A DNA stretch of 62,147 nt, filler included, from Fonticula-like sp. SCN 57-25 (Eukaryota): assembly GCA_001724245.1 (NCBI GenBank). It is 6 parts of 6 records of this genome, joined end to end, with 100 filler letters (N's around TTAATTAATTAA, not from the genome) between each part and the next. Parts side by side here need not be neighbours in the genome. Positions count along the whole stretch, not along the records: positions 1 to 10,137 come from MEDX01000238.1; positions 10,238 to 20,832 come from MEDX01000241.1; 4 more parts are not named here. The stretch is one strand, 5' to 3'. Within the stretch, counting starts at the first letter, position 1. Each line of letters starts with the position of its first letter. The notes under the pieces were generated by a model that saw nothing but the letters and a program-made list of their open reading frames with translations, was not told the DNA's origin and made no database searches. A program made the position numbers and the translations under genes. This document shows, piece after piece, positions 1-12,638 of this stretch.

Positions 1-3000
1 AACTCGGGCCGCCTTTCTGCCTCCTTGGACGCGGCAGCCGCTGCGCGCTGGGTCCGTCGGCGCTCCACAGCGGCGGACGAGCGCTGCGACGACGCCCCAG
101 CACGATGCTGTGTTACGTCAAGAGTCGCGTTCGCCATCATTTGAACAAGGCTGTAAAACCCGCCCTTCAACAAAAAGTCGACAATTTCTTGGCCAAACGC
201 ATCGGCCGACGTTCCAATTGCAGACAGCGTGGGGTTCAAGAGCTCGTGATCGGATAGCACGCGGTAAGCAGAAGGAAGGTGCGTAAGGTAGAGATCGACG
301 ACCATGTTGTCGGTATCAGCCCGCAGAAGCGCCGTGAACTGGGCTTGTGGATGCACTATGCATGCTCGCAGCTCATCAACAAGGCGGCCTACAGTGGACG
401 ACGAAAAGCGGCCCACAATCGCTCCCAGGATGCCGTCAAGCAGGGGCGGCAACTGCTCCTGTACAACCTTGTCGTTGATATCAAAGCCCAGTGACTGCGG
501 TAAAAGCGCGACACGCGCGACGAGCTTGCAAAAGCACGACAGCCAGCGACCCTAAAAGGATGTTAGCAAAGCAGGTTGGGATAAAGCCCGGCGCGCACGT
601 GTTCGGGAGACTCCATTTGCGCTACCGCTTCGCGGCTTCCGTCGCTGGCCACGGCAATTGTGTGGACAAGAATGAGCTAAGGATGGATTAGAAAGGGCAT
701 TGTAAAAGGCCGTGCGTACAATCTTGACCATAACCGTGCACTTGACGCGCTCGAACGAGTCGCGCTGCCGCGTGGTGAGGGCGTCCAGCGAGATTGCTAT
801 CAATGTTGTTAATACTTGAAAATGACGAAATGCGAGCAGACGCACATGTCGGCATGAACACGGATTCGAGGTAAGCGGCCGTGCTCGGCCACAAGCGGCA
901 ATCTGGCCCCCATAAATCCACGGCTTTAAGGGCACGCAACCCGACAAGCCAAGAGTAGCCGTCCTATGGCATCGTAAGTAAAAAAATAACAAACATGTTC
1001 ACGAACCAGAGCGGAGCAGAGCCCTTCGAACCATCCCAAATGGCGATCCACCTCGTTTGTTTCCGCGATATCGGTCAGGCTTGGAAGATGAACCAACGAG
1101 TGCAGTGAGATCTTCCTTGATAAACGGAAAGTCTCGATAAACGCGCGAGGCGTCGGGGCGCCCGGCAAGAGCTTGACAATGTCGGCGAAAAGTGTCATGG
1201 CAGTGTGCGCAAAGTCAGTCTCTGGCTGGCCAGCCTGTAGCAGGAGCCACTCGGACAAGGACTTTAGATCGGTAATCGAATCAAACTCGGTGTGCGTCGT
1301 TCCCGGGCGCGGAATCTACAATGATGTCAGCCGAAAATAAAAAATGAAAAACATGCAACGCACCAAAACTTCGCGCCGGTTCTCGGATGGGGCTGAAAAG
1401 AGGCTCGCCTTCTTTTCAATGATGCGCTTCATGTGGTTCACCACTTCATGAGCTTGCGCCGCCGTGCCTGTATCAGCCAGTTACGTGAGCAAGTCAACGA
1501 TGCCTCAGAGCCAAGCGCACCGAGCTGGTCCTCGCGATCAGCATGCGACAAGCGCAGGCTGAGCATGGCATTGACCAAGATTTCAAGCGTACAGGCGTCG
1601 ACAAGCAGCGAATCCTCGCGGAACGTGCGGTAGATGTGATTGAACACGAGCATCGAGCCGAGCTATGTGGATATTAGAGCAATCCACATCAAGGCAAGGA
1701 ACGTACGCGTTTGTACGGGTCGGGATGCGCGGACAAGGCAAAGAGCTTCTTGATCACCGTCAGCGGGCGGCCAACAAACTGCTCTGCTTGGCTGGTGCCG
1801 CGGGTCTGCTTGAGACACCAGTTGAAAAACTCGGCCATACATTGCGCCGCAAAATCGCGCAACGGTCCATTGCCCCTGATGCAAACATTAGCCGAGCGTT
1901 GAGAAGGCGACATGCGTACGAGTTGCCAATCGCATCCAAGATTGCAGATACGACAATTTCCGCCGCGTTCGCGTTTGCGCGGCTCGAATCGGAGAACCAG
2001 TGAAGCACCTGGAAGGCAAGCGGCCTAAATACTTGCCGCGTGACTTGCTCGACGCTCAGGGCAAGGCGAAGAATGACGGGCATGAGATATTCAAGAAGCA
2101 GAGGCTCCGTCTTGGCACCCGATTGGCTCCCGGCAGCGAGCGAGAAGAGCACGATGGCATGGAGCAGCTCGCCGGCGGCCACCTTTGTTTTCCGGTCCAC
2201 AGAGTTCTCGGACAGATCAACCACGCGAGGAAGCAAATCATCTAGATATAAATTTAGCAGGACGAAAAAAATTCATTGCAGCGTACCCAGCGCGATTACT
2301 GGCTTGAGATCCAAAAAGGGGATAGAGAGGTTAAGCCGCTTGCTCGAGTCAAAAGCAACAAAGGTCCCTACCGGGCTCTCCTCGAGCAGACGCCTCGAGT
2401 CGACCATAACACGAGTGTGCCCCCCAAGCCTCCCAAGCAATCGCAGCATCCGATGCCGAAGGTCCTCGGCAGAAAACGAGCCACTCATCTCGCCGCGTGC
2501 TTCCGCTTGCGATTCTTGTGACTGAATCGCGCTCTGGGCCTTCTGAAGCTGCACAGTCACTGATTGCTTCGATCCCTTGAGCGAACCCCGTTTGGTCTGC
2601 GTCGCTCTAGAGCTGTGCGCCAGGTGCGCGAGAGAACGCAAGTGCTGCTCGTCCGACTGCAGTTCGTAGCGAAGGTTTGCATCGACGGATACGGTCAGAT
2701 AGTCAACCAGCCGCGGAAGCACGCGCGGAAGCATCTGGTCAAGGCCAGGTACCTGGGACTCGAGCCAGTACTCTAATGCTGCACAAAAGTAAGCAATCGA
2801 CCATTGGGTTGAATATCTACGCACACTCAACGCCCACATAAGCAAGAGGCAAAAAGCTCAAGCCGAGCGAAAAGGTCATTTGAAGAGGAACAATTACCTC
2901 CTCGAGACTGATCAGCTCTTTCGGAGCCGATAGGAAAAGGCGCAGACACGACGCCTGAGGAGGGTTAGTTACAATATTCCGCAAGCAAGGATCACGCACC

Positions 3001-5484
3001 AGGAGGTCGTCCTTGAACTGGTGTAGGCGAGCGGATACCTCTCCGAGAAACTTTCTAAACATAGTCCGGCAGGCCTCTACTTCCCTTGACGAAACGGTCG
3101 CCGCGGCCGCCTCAGTGGCGCCATCAGCGGAACGCGCTTCAAAATAGCCGGTCCTCTCTGCCAGATTCAAGCATAGCGCAAACAGCTTGTAGAACCCGCT
3201 AACGAGCGGGTGGCGGCTCGACAGGGACATGATACTGCGCCCAAAGACATAGACCCATCTCGAGAAATACTTGCTCGGGAGCGACGGGAGCAAGTCCAAT
3301 GAAAAACTTACGAGGTTGACAAAGAGCTGAAAGTCCTTGGGCTTTTGCGCCTGAAGCGCGGCCACTGGTGCTTCTTCGCCGGAAGGAGGCGCAGCAGTGT
3401 CCTTGGGCTCGGCCGTTGACTTGCTCACAACTGATAGATCGAGATTCTCCGCCAAGCGCACAATACCCGTTATGATCAAGTCGTAGAGTATGGTGTGAAG
3501 CTCGCGCCATTCACTCTTTGTAAGCAGCTCCTTGATCCGCTTGGGCTTGTCAAACAATGTGCGCCATAGCAACAAGTACTCAAGATACATGTGCTCAGCG
3601 AGAAGCTCCTCTCCGCCGCCACCAACGCCTGGCGCGAGCGCGTCCGCGCACGACAGCACAAGGGCGTCATATGCTAAAAAATGTTAAAACCAAAATAGTA
3701 ATGAGATGAGAGCGCGTACAGCAGGGCGTAAAAAACTGCACAAGGGTAACAGGTGAGCGGCGCATGAGCCTCGCGCAAAGCTCTATAAAAGAGTTACAGG
3801 CGGCCTGGCGCGGGTGGCGGCCAAGGCGCGGAAAATGTAGCAGCATGTAGCCGGTTACCTGGCCCGCCGTGCCCAAGAGGCGAGGTAGCATATCGTCGCT
3901 TACCTGCTCGCTCAGGAGCGCGTAGGATACAAGAAATGACGACACTTGGGCGAGGCCCTCTTCAAATTGCTCGTTTAGATCGGAAAAAACCAAAGTTGTC
4001 TTGGAAATGACCTGGTTGAGCATGATTTCAAGATCGTCCGGCTTCATCAAGCGCTTGCACGGGCCAGCCAGGTATCCGTAACCCTATCGGCAAGGATTAG
4101 CCGCGAGACAACCGGAAAGAAAGAGCGTACCCGGATAGCAATCGCTAGCTCTTTGGTGCTGCTGAGGGGATTAACCAATAGAGCATTAAAGCTTGTAACG
4201 AGGTGCTAAGAACCGGTCAGTATATCAACTCGTCCCATCTAATTCGTACCCAGAAAACGTCCTTTTCTTGGTCCCCGATAGAGGGAGCCTCCACAATGAG
4301 CTGCGAGACGACGCCGAGAAACGACTCGAGCGCCCAAGAAGCCGTCTTCTTGAGGTCCACATTCTTATGTACACTCATCGCATAGAGCGACCCGTACACT
4401 TTTTTGGAATCCCGGAAGAGAAACGTCCGGAAGACATCGGCATGATTGCCGAGAAGAAAGAGCCCACCTGCCGCAGCGCCTTAGTACAACTGCAGCAGCG
4501 GAAAACAAAAAGAAAAATACGTACTGCGAGGAACGTCATACCGCACAAGAGTCTCTGGCGGGTTGATGGCGGCTATCATCAGCTTGTAGAGGGCAGCAGC
4601 AGGCTTGGCGTCTGGGGAAAATTTATCCGACGCAGTGTGGAGCGCGTGGTCCAGGGCGCGGATGGCGCCCGCCACGAGAGGGAGATCGGGCTTTTTGCTC
4701 TTAAAAAGCTCGGATTCGGCCACTCGCAAGGCTGTCTTAATAAGCTGGTCCACGCTGCTGTCGGGGATCGCCTGCGGGTAATACCGGATGAGCATCCCCA
4801 TGAACTCGAGCATGCACGACTTGACTAAAGCAAAAGAAAAGGTGAGTGAAAGCAAAAACAAACCTAAATATCAACGCACCCGACGCCGTGTGCTTGGACT
4901 CGCTCTGCACATAATCCTCGCTGATTCTACGGGGCCGCGGGTGAGTATGTCGTGCTACTTTAAACCCAGGCGCACCGCCGGAAGGACTGCGCGATGTGGA
5001 AGCGCTCCGCATCAAGCTCGCTGTGAGCGTTCGATACTACTGCAAAAAGCGGAGTAAATGCGGCAGCTTTCACGCGATTTGACTTGTCCCGAAAGAACAG
5101 ATTCATGCAGGTGGTCTGCGATCGTCAGTCGGTTGGCAGCAGCGAGGGACTACATACCTTGATCTCTTCGAAAAACGGACGCATTAGGTCAGATTGCTGA
5201 TCAATGAGCTTTTCAAGCAAATCCAAAAGCACAGGCTTCGCCTCTTCATATTCCTTTTGCGCAGACTTGCTCTCCAGAAAGTGCAGAAGACCCAGCGACT
5301 TGTCAAAAAGCAGGGTCGAGATGATGGTGAGCTCCTTCTCAGCGGCATCTGCAAGAACGAACCGAGTCAAATCGTTCGCAGTCTGTTTATAATCAACAAA
5401 TGGCGACGGCTCGTCCGACTGCAGCTCGGTGAGACACCGTCGTACGCTCGCCACGACAACCGACTCGGCCGCCGCTGTCGACAT
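1..5484 (-). CDS. PRKDC: DNA-dependent protein kinase catalytic subunit, N-terminal HEAT part (multi-exon, 3' truncated by window edge)
   Basis: ATG at 5484: MSTAAAESVV...ISTLLFDKSLGLLHFL...PFFEEIK matches the DNA-PKcs N-terminus. Later exons contain KPKDFQLFVNLVSF, HPLVSGFYKL, FKDDLL, DRKTKVAAGELLHAIV, VEQVTRQVFRPLAFQVLHWFS and NHIYRTFRE. Many short GT-AG introns. Confidence 0.92.
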
Positions 5485-5510
5485 CGCCCTGGCGCGCGGC
5501 GGTAGCGCGA

Positions 5511-5522
5511 CGTCACGTGACG
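5511..5522. promoter_or_regulatory. Perfect palindromic E-box/CLEAR-like site CGTCACGTGACG just upstream of the DNA-PKcs ATG
   Basis: 12-bp palindrome containing GTCACGTGAC, 27 bp upstream of the start codon; function inferred only. Confidence 0.4.
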
Positions 5523-5537
5523 ATGTCAGCATTCACT

Positions 5538-5595
5538 AATCCGGGGCAGATCTAGGGGTATTGGAATCCGGGGCAGATCCAGGGCATTGCAATCC
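5538..5595. repeat. Imperfect ~27-bp tandem repeat (AATCCGGGGCAGATCYAGGG...)
   Basis: Units start at 5538 and 5565, with a partial unit at 5591. Confidence 0.7.
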
Positions 5596-6217
5596 ATGAC
5601 ATTGTGTATGGAGCAATACCCAAAGGTATCATAATTATTCACAAAACCATACCACTGCTACAAATTGTTTTAGATTGCTATAAAGCAAGCAGGCCAATTT
5701 CTACTTTTTTGTGAAACGCAGACAGGGTTATTAGCTGCGGGATATCATGCTGCCCGGTGGTGAAGTTCTTACGTCATGCGGTGAGACAAATTGCTATGAA
5801 ACTATGAGCCACCTCCATTGTGTGCACAGGTCGGGCATATCGTTTCTGGACCGCGCGACAGCTGGGCGACATAACAACACAACAACAATTATTGCTGCTG
5901 ACGATCACGGGATCACGGGATCTCGCGGCCGATTGTCAATCCCGATCGACTACCGTAGATTTCGTGGTGTTTCAAAGCCCCTCCCCCCATTGAGGCGCGG
6001 TCTCGGGGGGGACCCACCCCACTCTCGATTTATTTTTTGAAAATTGCGCCTGGACGTTTTCGTGGCCATTTGTCGTCGGATTTTTTCTGGATTCGTTTGA
6101 TTGGTTGTTTAATCATTTATTGTCCAATCACAGCAATACAACTTGTGACCACTTGCGAGCTGACGCGCAGCCACATCACACACATCGAACTTGAACAAGA
6201 CGTAACATCACACACTC

Positions 6218-8381
6218 CTAGCCCGAATTAGCGTCTTCGTACTCGCCATGCCCATACGTAATGCCTGGGTCACTTGAAAATGGTGTCTGACGCGGGGGTG
6301 GTGCAGGAAGGTCCTGGATGAAATCTTCATCTTGCTCAACCAGCTCCTCATCGTCAAAGCCGAACGCGACTTGGGCGTGCTGCTCGATCTCCATCGTCTG
6401 CGGTTGCAGCGCGGCTTCAATGTCAGTCTCAGTGTCCTCGGGAATGTCATCGGAAGTTCGATCCAGCAAGGTAAATAGGGCACGCTGCCATGCTTTGACG
6501 ACCGAATCTCGCGGAATTTCTGACCATGCCTGTAAAGCCCAGCTAGAAACCTGTTGACGTGTCGGCGAGGGCAGCGACTTGTCGTCCTGCATGTTTTCCA
6601 CCAAATGCTTCATGAAGAGTCGTCGCATGTTGCTCTTGACGATCTTGTTTACTCCGACATCGAGCGGCTGGAGGACGGACGTCATGTTGGGCGGCAGCAT
6701 GACGAAGCGCACACCGATCTTGTACGCCAAGGCCTGCACTCGCTCCTCCACATGTGCGCTAAAGTTATCCATCACCAGGACAATGGGCGGTACGGGTTTG
6801 CTCGGCGCAGGAACATTGGTCGGCAGCGTGGGCGGCACGGCGGCGGGTGCTGGCTCGGTCGCGCTCGAGCTTGCTTCTGACGGCGGCGGCGGCGCAGACA
6901 GCAGCGGAGGTTGAAACGAAGGAAGCACGTTGGTCGGGCATGAGAGGGCGAGCGACGAGGGATTGCTTGAAGGAGCTGGTGTCGTGCTCGTCGGCAGCAT
7001 ATACGGCGCGCTCGGTGTTGCGAGTACGGCAGCCCAAGAACGCGCTTGCCTCAAGAGCTCTTCTTCTGACATGATCGCCCAGCTGAGCGGCAGCATTCTG
7101 TGCGAAAAAAGTGAGCACAAAAGATATCATTGCTAACGCTAGAGCGTACGAAGCAGACCAAGGCGCGAAAGGAGCCAAATGGCTTGCAGGTGCCAGTTGC
7201 CGTAGAGGCGTTGGTTCGATGCGGCGATGCACCGCGGGCGGAGCCTCGCTGGGCGCCTTTGCCTTTGGAGGACGGCCGCGCTTGCGAGGTTGGGGTGCAG
7301 GAGCGGCGCTTGGAGGCGGCAGAGCGATGCTTGGAGGCGGCACAGCGACGCTAGGAGGCGGCACAGCGACGCTAGGAGGCGGCGGAGCGACGCTCGAAGG
7401 CGGCAGAGCAGCGCCCAGAGAAGGCGGCGGCGCAGCGACACAAGCCAATTCATCGACGACCTCCGGGTTCCAGGTGCGATTTGTGGCGGCTAGTCTCGCC
7501 TTTACGTACGGCTCAACAATCGTTGTCAGGAACAGGATCATGCCTTCGCCGTCCATCCAAGCGTTCTCCTGATATGAGACCGTCAGGTCCTCGGGATAGC
7601 CATCGCCCGTATCTTCGTACTTGCGCGCGAGGGCACCATTACGCTTGGCCTGGAAGATCAGCAGCGGTGGCAGCTTGTCACCATCCGCCGATACGGTAAG
7701 AGCGGCCGTCAGCCGCTTCTTTGAGCCGACGGGGACGGCTACGCGGGCGTCCCGGCTTGTTTTCTGCTCGACGACGTAGCGATCCTCCATGACAAACCAT
7801 ACACCTGTTTCGTCCATGTTCAAGATGTCCTTTGGGTCGGTTGTCTCAAGAATTTGGCGCATGGTGTCGAGGTAGTGCGCCGTCTCGGCGCCCGTCGCGC
7901 GCGCACTCGCTCCCGCGGCTGTTGTAGAAGTGACGCGTCTCAATACCAGCTTATGTCTTTGCATAACCCTTGTCACAAAACTTTGTAACGCTGCAGGCGT
8001 AAGTTGCCCAATTGTGTCGTCGATCTGGATCGCCTTCACAGTGATGAGGCGGCGCGACACCGCGAGCTCCTTTCTACGGCGATCGAGCACATAGTCCAAC
8101 AGCGCCTTCTCCTGGTCTCGGGTCAAAAGCTTAGTGTCAGGGCCATTGTGTGCAGTACGCGCAGTCATATTAAAGTCGTGATCGCCCAGGATGCGCTCGG
8201 CATCGCGCAGCCACCCCGCGAAAGTTGTAACCTTGAGGGTCCTGTACCGCGGGATCCCAACGATCTGGGACGGATGCGAAAAGCCATGACGAAAAAAAGC
8301 AAGAAGAGCTCCTCGACGGTATTGGTAGGAGTGTACTACGTGCTGTCTGTGGCTACGCTGGACATTCGGTGCAGTTGGCAT
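6218..8381 (-). CDS. pogo-family transposase (CENP-B-type HTH + DDE_1, DD35D), 2 exons, ~703 aa
   Basis: Motifs ILNMDETG, QENAWMD, LVMDNFSAH and LPPNMTSVLQPLDVGVNK, with 35 residues between D2 and D3. The intron 7098-7149 (GTACGC...CTCAC...CAG) joins ORFs 6765-8402 and 6218-7120 in frame. Acidic C-terminal tail. Confidence 0.9.
7305..7432 (-). repeat. 21-nt coding minisatellite (VAVPPPS-like units) inside the transposase
   Basis: About 5 units of GGAGGCGGCACAGCGACGCTA-like sequence on the + strand. Confidence 0.8.
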
Positions 8382-8739
8382 CGCGATGGTCGGTGGCGGC
8401 ACGGTGGCGGCACGGTGGCGGCGAAGTGGCGGGAAATGACAAACTGTCAGCTTTTTGTGATTGCAAAGTTGCGTTTCGCTCGGGGGGATTTATTTTACCA
8501 CACCCCACAAAATACCACGAACGAAACACCACGAAATCTACGGTAGCACGTCACCCTCGGGGTGATTCACGAACACGCCACCCATGATTGGCTCATGACT
8601 CTGTACCCCAGGTCGCAACTTTTTTAATTACGTGAAGGCCAATCAGAGACGGCTGGAAAAATGCCTTTCCTTTCGTTGTGGTTTTGCGTCTCTCGTCGCT
8701 CTCTCTTTGTCGGGCATCTCTCATCCCTCTCATCCAACG

Positions 8740-10137
8740 ATGAAGAGAAGCGAGCAGCAAGCCGCAGGGCGTCTGCTGCTCGCCACGGCGTTTCTGTCCT
8801 TGGCAGTGTCCGGTATTTTTTGTGTTGTTGAATTCTCTACATGTCGAGCTCACTACTGCGGCAGTGGCGGCACAGGCCTATCGAGTGAATTCAAAGGCTG
8901 GCTCCCTCAGCGTATCATACCTAATTTCAGACGTCACAACACCGCATGATGGTACGACTTTTTTCTCGCAACATTTCGCCAACTTGGTTATCTTTCTAAT
9001 CTTTGTCACTAGCCGCGAACCCAATAATGTGGCAATGGGGAGGAGGCTCACCAACTGCAGCTCCGGTGTATGTGACCTACCTTGTCTTTGACTTTTCTGC
9101 GTACGCAGTGAGTACCCGCGAGTCTGGTTGGTTGGTTCGTAGCTAAATTCGTTGCGGTAGCCTACCCCGGCGAGATTTTGTGCAACTGGATCGCCAAAAC
9201 TGTTCCTGGCTGCCCAAATTGAACCGCCGGGCGCCTACTTTTGCATGGAAAACTACAATATACACCCGTATCCGGCTGGCATCGTCACCGATATTCCTGC
9301 CACAAGGTACGATCCCCAGTAAAGACGGTGAATTGGAGCTCAAAGGCACGCGCGTTTAGGATGCCTTCCCCTGCCACCTTTGCCGGCCAACCTTTGCTGG
9401 CAAACAACCTCGGAATTACCATTCAGACATCCTACACCGCGTCAACCGGCCTGTGCGATTGAATGCACCTACGCTGTGTTGGCGAGACATTACTAAATAA
9501 GTCGCGCAGCTATTCCTACGTTCCGCTCACTGCAACGATGGTCAATAACGCTGTTCGACAGAGCGCCACCGGCGTGCGCTACCGCCCAGCCCCCAATGTT
9601 CCACACTAACCCTTCGATTTTCTTCAGACTACGATTCGTCATTACATCAGAGAGTCACTTATTACTTGCATGAAAACGCATGCAGGTGGTGCCTCTGTTG
9701 CGCCATATGTGTCATTCGACTACAATACCTGCGATGTAAACGCGCAGTGCATCAACAACGCCTGCGTCTGCAACGCCCCGTACGTTGGAACGGGAACATC
9801 GTGTGGGGGTACGTGAACGTGCCACTCATTATCGATTGGTGCATTAATTCATTTTCGCCCCAGTTCCCACGTGTCCCGCCACAACAATGGGTAATGCCAA
9901 CTTTCCCCTCACCAACAACGGCGTCACCGCAACTGGCACCTGCGCCGCTACCTTTGGTGGAGCCCCCACCTCCAAGTGCACCACTGGCTCCTGGGGAGCT
10001 CTTGGTGGCACGGCGTGCACCAGTACGCTCGCAACATTTAGTCCATCGTGTTTCTGACCGTGGCGCCGCAGAGCTGCAGTGCCCCACGAGCACGGACAAT
10101 GTCGGCGGCGCGACCTTCTCGCCCGTCAACGCGGGCA
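8740..10137 (+). CDS. Secreted/receptor ectodomain protein with signal peptide, EGF-like domain and 4-Cys HRM/sushi-like repeats (3' truncated)
   Basis: Signal-like start MKRSEQQAAGRLLLATAFLSLAVS. Spliced exons give TCDVNAQCINNACVCNAPYVGTGTSC (EGF-like), then CPATTMGNANFPLTNNGVTATGTCAATFGGAPTSKCTTGSWGALGGTAC, separated by phase-1 introns. Confidence 0.65.
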
Positions 10138-10237
10138 NNNNNNNNNNNNNNNNNNNNNNNNNNNNNNNNNNNNNNNNNNNNTTAATTAATTAANNNNNNN
10201 NNNNNNNNNNNNNNNNNNNNNNNNNNNNNNNNNNNNN
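10138..10237. other. Artificial contig spacer
   Basis: N44 + TTAATTAATTAA (stops in all six frames) + N44. Confidence 0.99.
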
Positions 10238-12145
10238 CTTGCCGATCCAATCGGTATCTGACAGATTGCAAACTGCAAACTCCAAGATCGATCGTGCCGC
10301 ACCGCCCTGTCACATTCGTGTAAGGTGGTTGATGTTGCGTGGTTGCCCGACGGGACCCATCTTGTCGCCGTGACAAGTGGTGGCAGTGTCATCCAAGTCA
10401 CGAACAACAATGCGCACTCGACCGTGTACACGACAAACACACTTGTATGCATCGTGTTTGCCGCTCTTTCTTTTGCTTATTTCTTGTCTAGCTGTGTGGA
10501 TGCGCGTTCAGTCCCAGTGGAATTCTTGCCGTCGGTGGAGATGATCGAGAAGTGACACTATTGGATCCATCCGACAACTATGCTGTCATTCAATTATTTA
10601 CTGGATTGTCTGATAGAGTGCGTAGAGAATGATTGCCTGCTACTGCTCACACAAAAGCGTCAGGTGTGGCGTGCTGCCTTTTCCCCCGATGGGAATCTTC
10701 TTGCAGTGGGATGTGTTGATGGCCACGTGTACATTTATGGACAAACCAATGGCATATGGGCACAAGTATACAACAAGCATCATTCTGGTTGGGTATGCTA
10801 TTTTTCTTTGTATTATCGATGCTAATTGTTACTAGATCATGTCACTTTGCTTCAGTCCCTCTGGCCGCATGCTATTGGTCACAAGTAGTGACCATTCTGC
10901 TTCCATCTGGAATATTCCAACTGGTACCACGTGGCCATCCACTCCTCGCGTGACACTCAAGGGGCACATGGAAGGTGTCACTGGCGGCGCCTTTCTCGGT
11001 GACGAGTCGCACGTGATCACTGGGTCAGATGATAAATCCCTCCGCATTTGGCGCACCTCTGATGGAGTGCAAACTGCAAAATACCCATGTGCATTTGTGC
11101 GTCACGCTTTGTCTATTTATATCGCTCACCCATTTTGCTATTCAGGTGTATCCATTGTCGTATCACGCTGCGTCTGGCAACATTGCAATTGGTTCTGGTC
11201 AAGGGAATGTTCAATTGGCGCAAACTACCCCCTATATTGCACCCTCTGCCGCCCTTCATACTCCCCTTCCCACCCAACAATGTGTCCGCCAGCGGCTGGC
11301 ACAGGCACAAGCACATTTGAACGCGATCGACGCATCAATGAACAATGCAGATTTCAATTTACGTCAGCAAATGTCACGTGAACAGGAACTGAAGCGCTCG
11401 ATAGCTGAGCTCGAGGCCAAATGTGCGTACATACCTGAGTATGTATCATAGTTCCTAACGCATTCTATAATGTTCAGTGGCGAGTGAGAAAAATGAACTC
11501 AAGGAAATGCAAACTGCAGAGTATATTACGCAGTCACGTGATTTGACCAAGCTGAGGGAACGCCATGATGAACTGCTTGGCATCATTCATGTTTGCACGC
11601 AGACACTTGACAGCTTGACAGACTGCCTTGATGTTTCTGGATTGGAGGATGTCCGCGGGGACGCCTTCAAGGAATGGCTGTGCGATATTGGCATGGGCAA
11701 ACTGCAAACTAAATTGAATGACATTGATGGTGTTTCGTTGACAATGCTCCACGTGGACAATGTCATGGAAAATGACGTCACCTTCAATGATGCCGCCACC
11801 CTGCAACTGCGCGGCTACATTGCGCACAACAAGCTAAGTGATAACATCAAGTTTGCCCCGCCACGTGACAGTGTTCTATCATGGGGCGAATGGCAAACTG
11901 CAAACTGGATCAAGTCACTTGATGATCGATATGCATGCTTGGCCGATGCTGACTGGCATGGTGCTGCCCTATGTTCACTTTCGCCGCCACGTGTTGTCGA
12001 AGCATCCAAGGGAGCACTAAAGTCAACTGACGCAGTAAAGTTCATTGCTCTAGTTCGTCAAATGCGAAATGAAACAGACGGTGATAAGGCCACGTGGGTG
12101 TCAAAGTGGAGTGGATCGATCCCGATCGAGAACCAACCTTCCTAA
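10238..12145 (+). CDS. WD40-repeat protein with coiled coil and tandem SAM-like domains (5' end uncertain or truncated)
   Basis: WD40 motifs VVDVAWLPDG, VWRAAFSPDGNLLAVG, SSDHSASIWN and LKGHMEGV...ITGSDDKSLRIW. A heptad region follows, then SAM-like segments FKEWLCDIGMGKL...IDGVSLTML and VLSWGEWQTANWIKSL...WHGAALCSL. Confidence 0.7.
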
Positions 12146-12429
12146 GTGGTCACTTTGTCCCTCTGGCGATGCGCCACCTTTTTTTGTTTGGGTGAGATGA
12201 ATACCTGTGGTGCCCGCCACGTGGCTCTTTTGTATCGCTTTTTCCGCAAGTTACTGCCGTTTGCATCTCTTTCTCTTGCCTTTTGCTGCCTCTCTTTCTC
12301 TCTGCTCCCATTGGCCCAATCCAGTTGCCCCTGAAATTTCCCTTTCGTTCCCTCTTTCGTTCCTTTATTATATCGACTGTCAATAAAGTGCCTTTCAAAA
12401 GAAAATAAATATGTATTCATGTGTCCAAT

Positions 12430-12459
12430 CTATCCAGAATCTATCCAGAATCTATCTAT
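12430..12459. repeat. Short 11-bp tandem repeat TCTATCCAGAA
   Basis: TCTATCCAGAATCTATCCAGAATCTATCTAT between convergent gene ends. Confidence 0.6.
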
Positions 12460-12638
12460 GCGTCCCATTGTGCAACAAGTATCACGAGTCATTCAGCAGC
12501 ATTTCTTATTGAATTTCGCAAAAGTAAAAGAGAAAAACACTGTCATATTCGGTAACGCTTACAAGCAAACCTGAACCCACAAAAAGCAAAAACAACGATC
12601 CTAGTGCGTCCTCAGCAGCGCGCCCACAAAGCGAGCGT

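Larger units (their letters stand above)
5953..8543 (-). mobile_element. pogo/Fot-like (Tc1/mariner superfamily) DNA transposon, full length with TIRs and TA target-site duplication
   Basis: 21-bp perfect TIRs CCGTAGATTTCGTGGTGTTTC (5953-5973, reverse complement at 8523-8543), flanked by TA (5951-5952 and 8544-8545); internal DDE_1 transposase. Confidence 0.95.
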
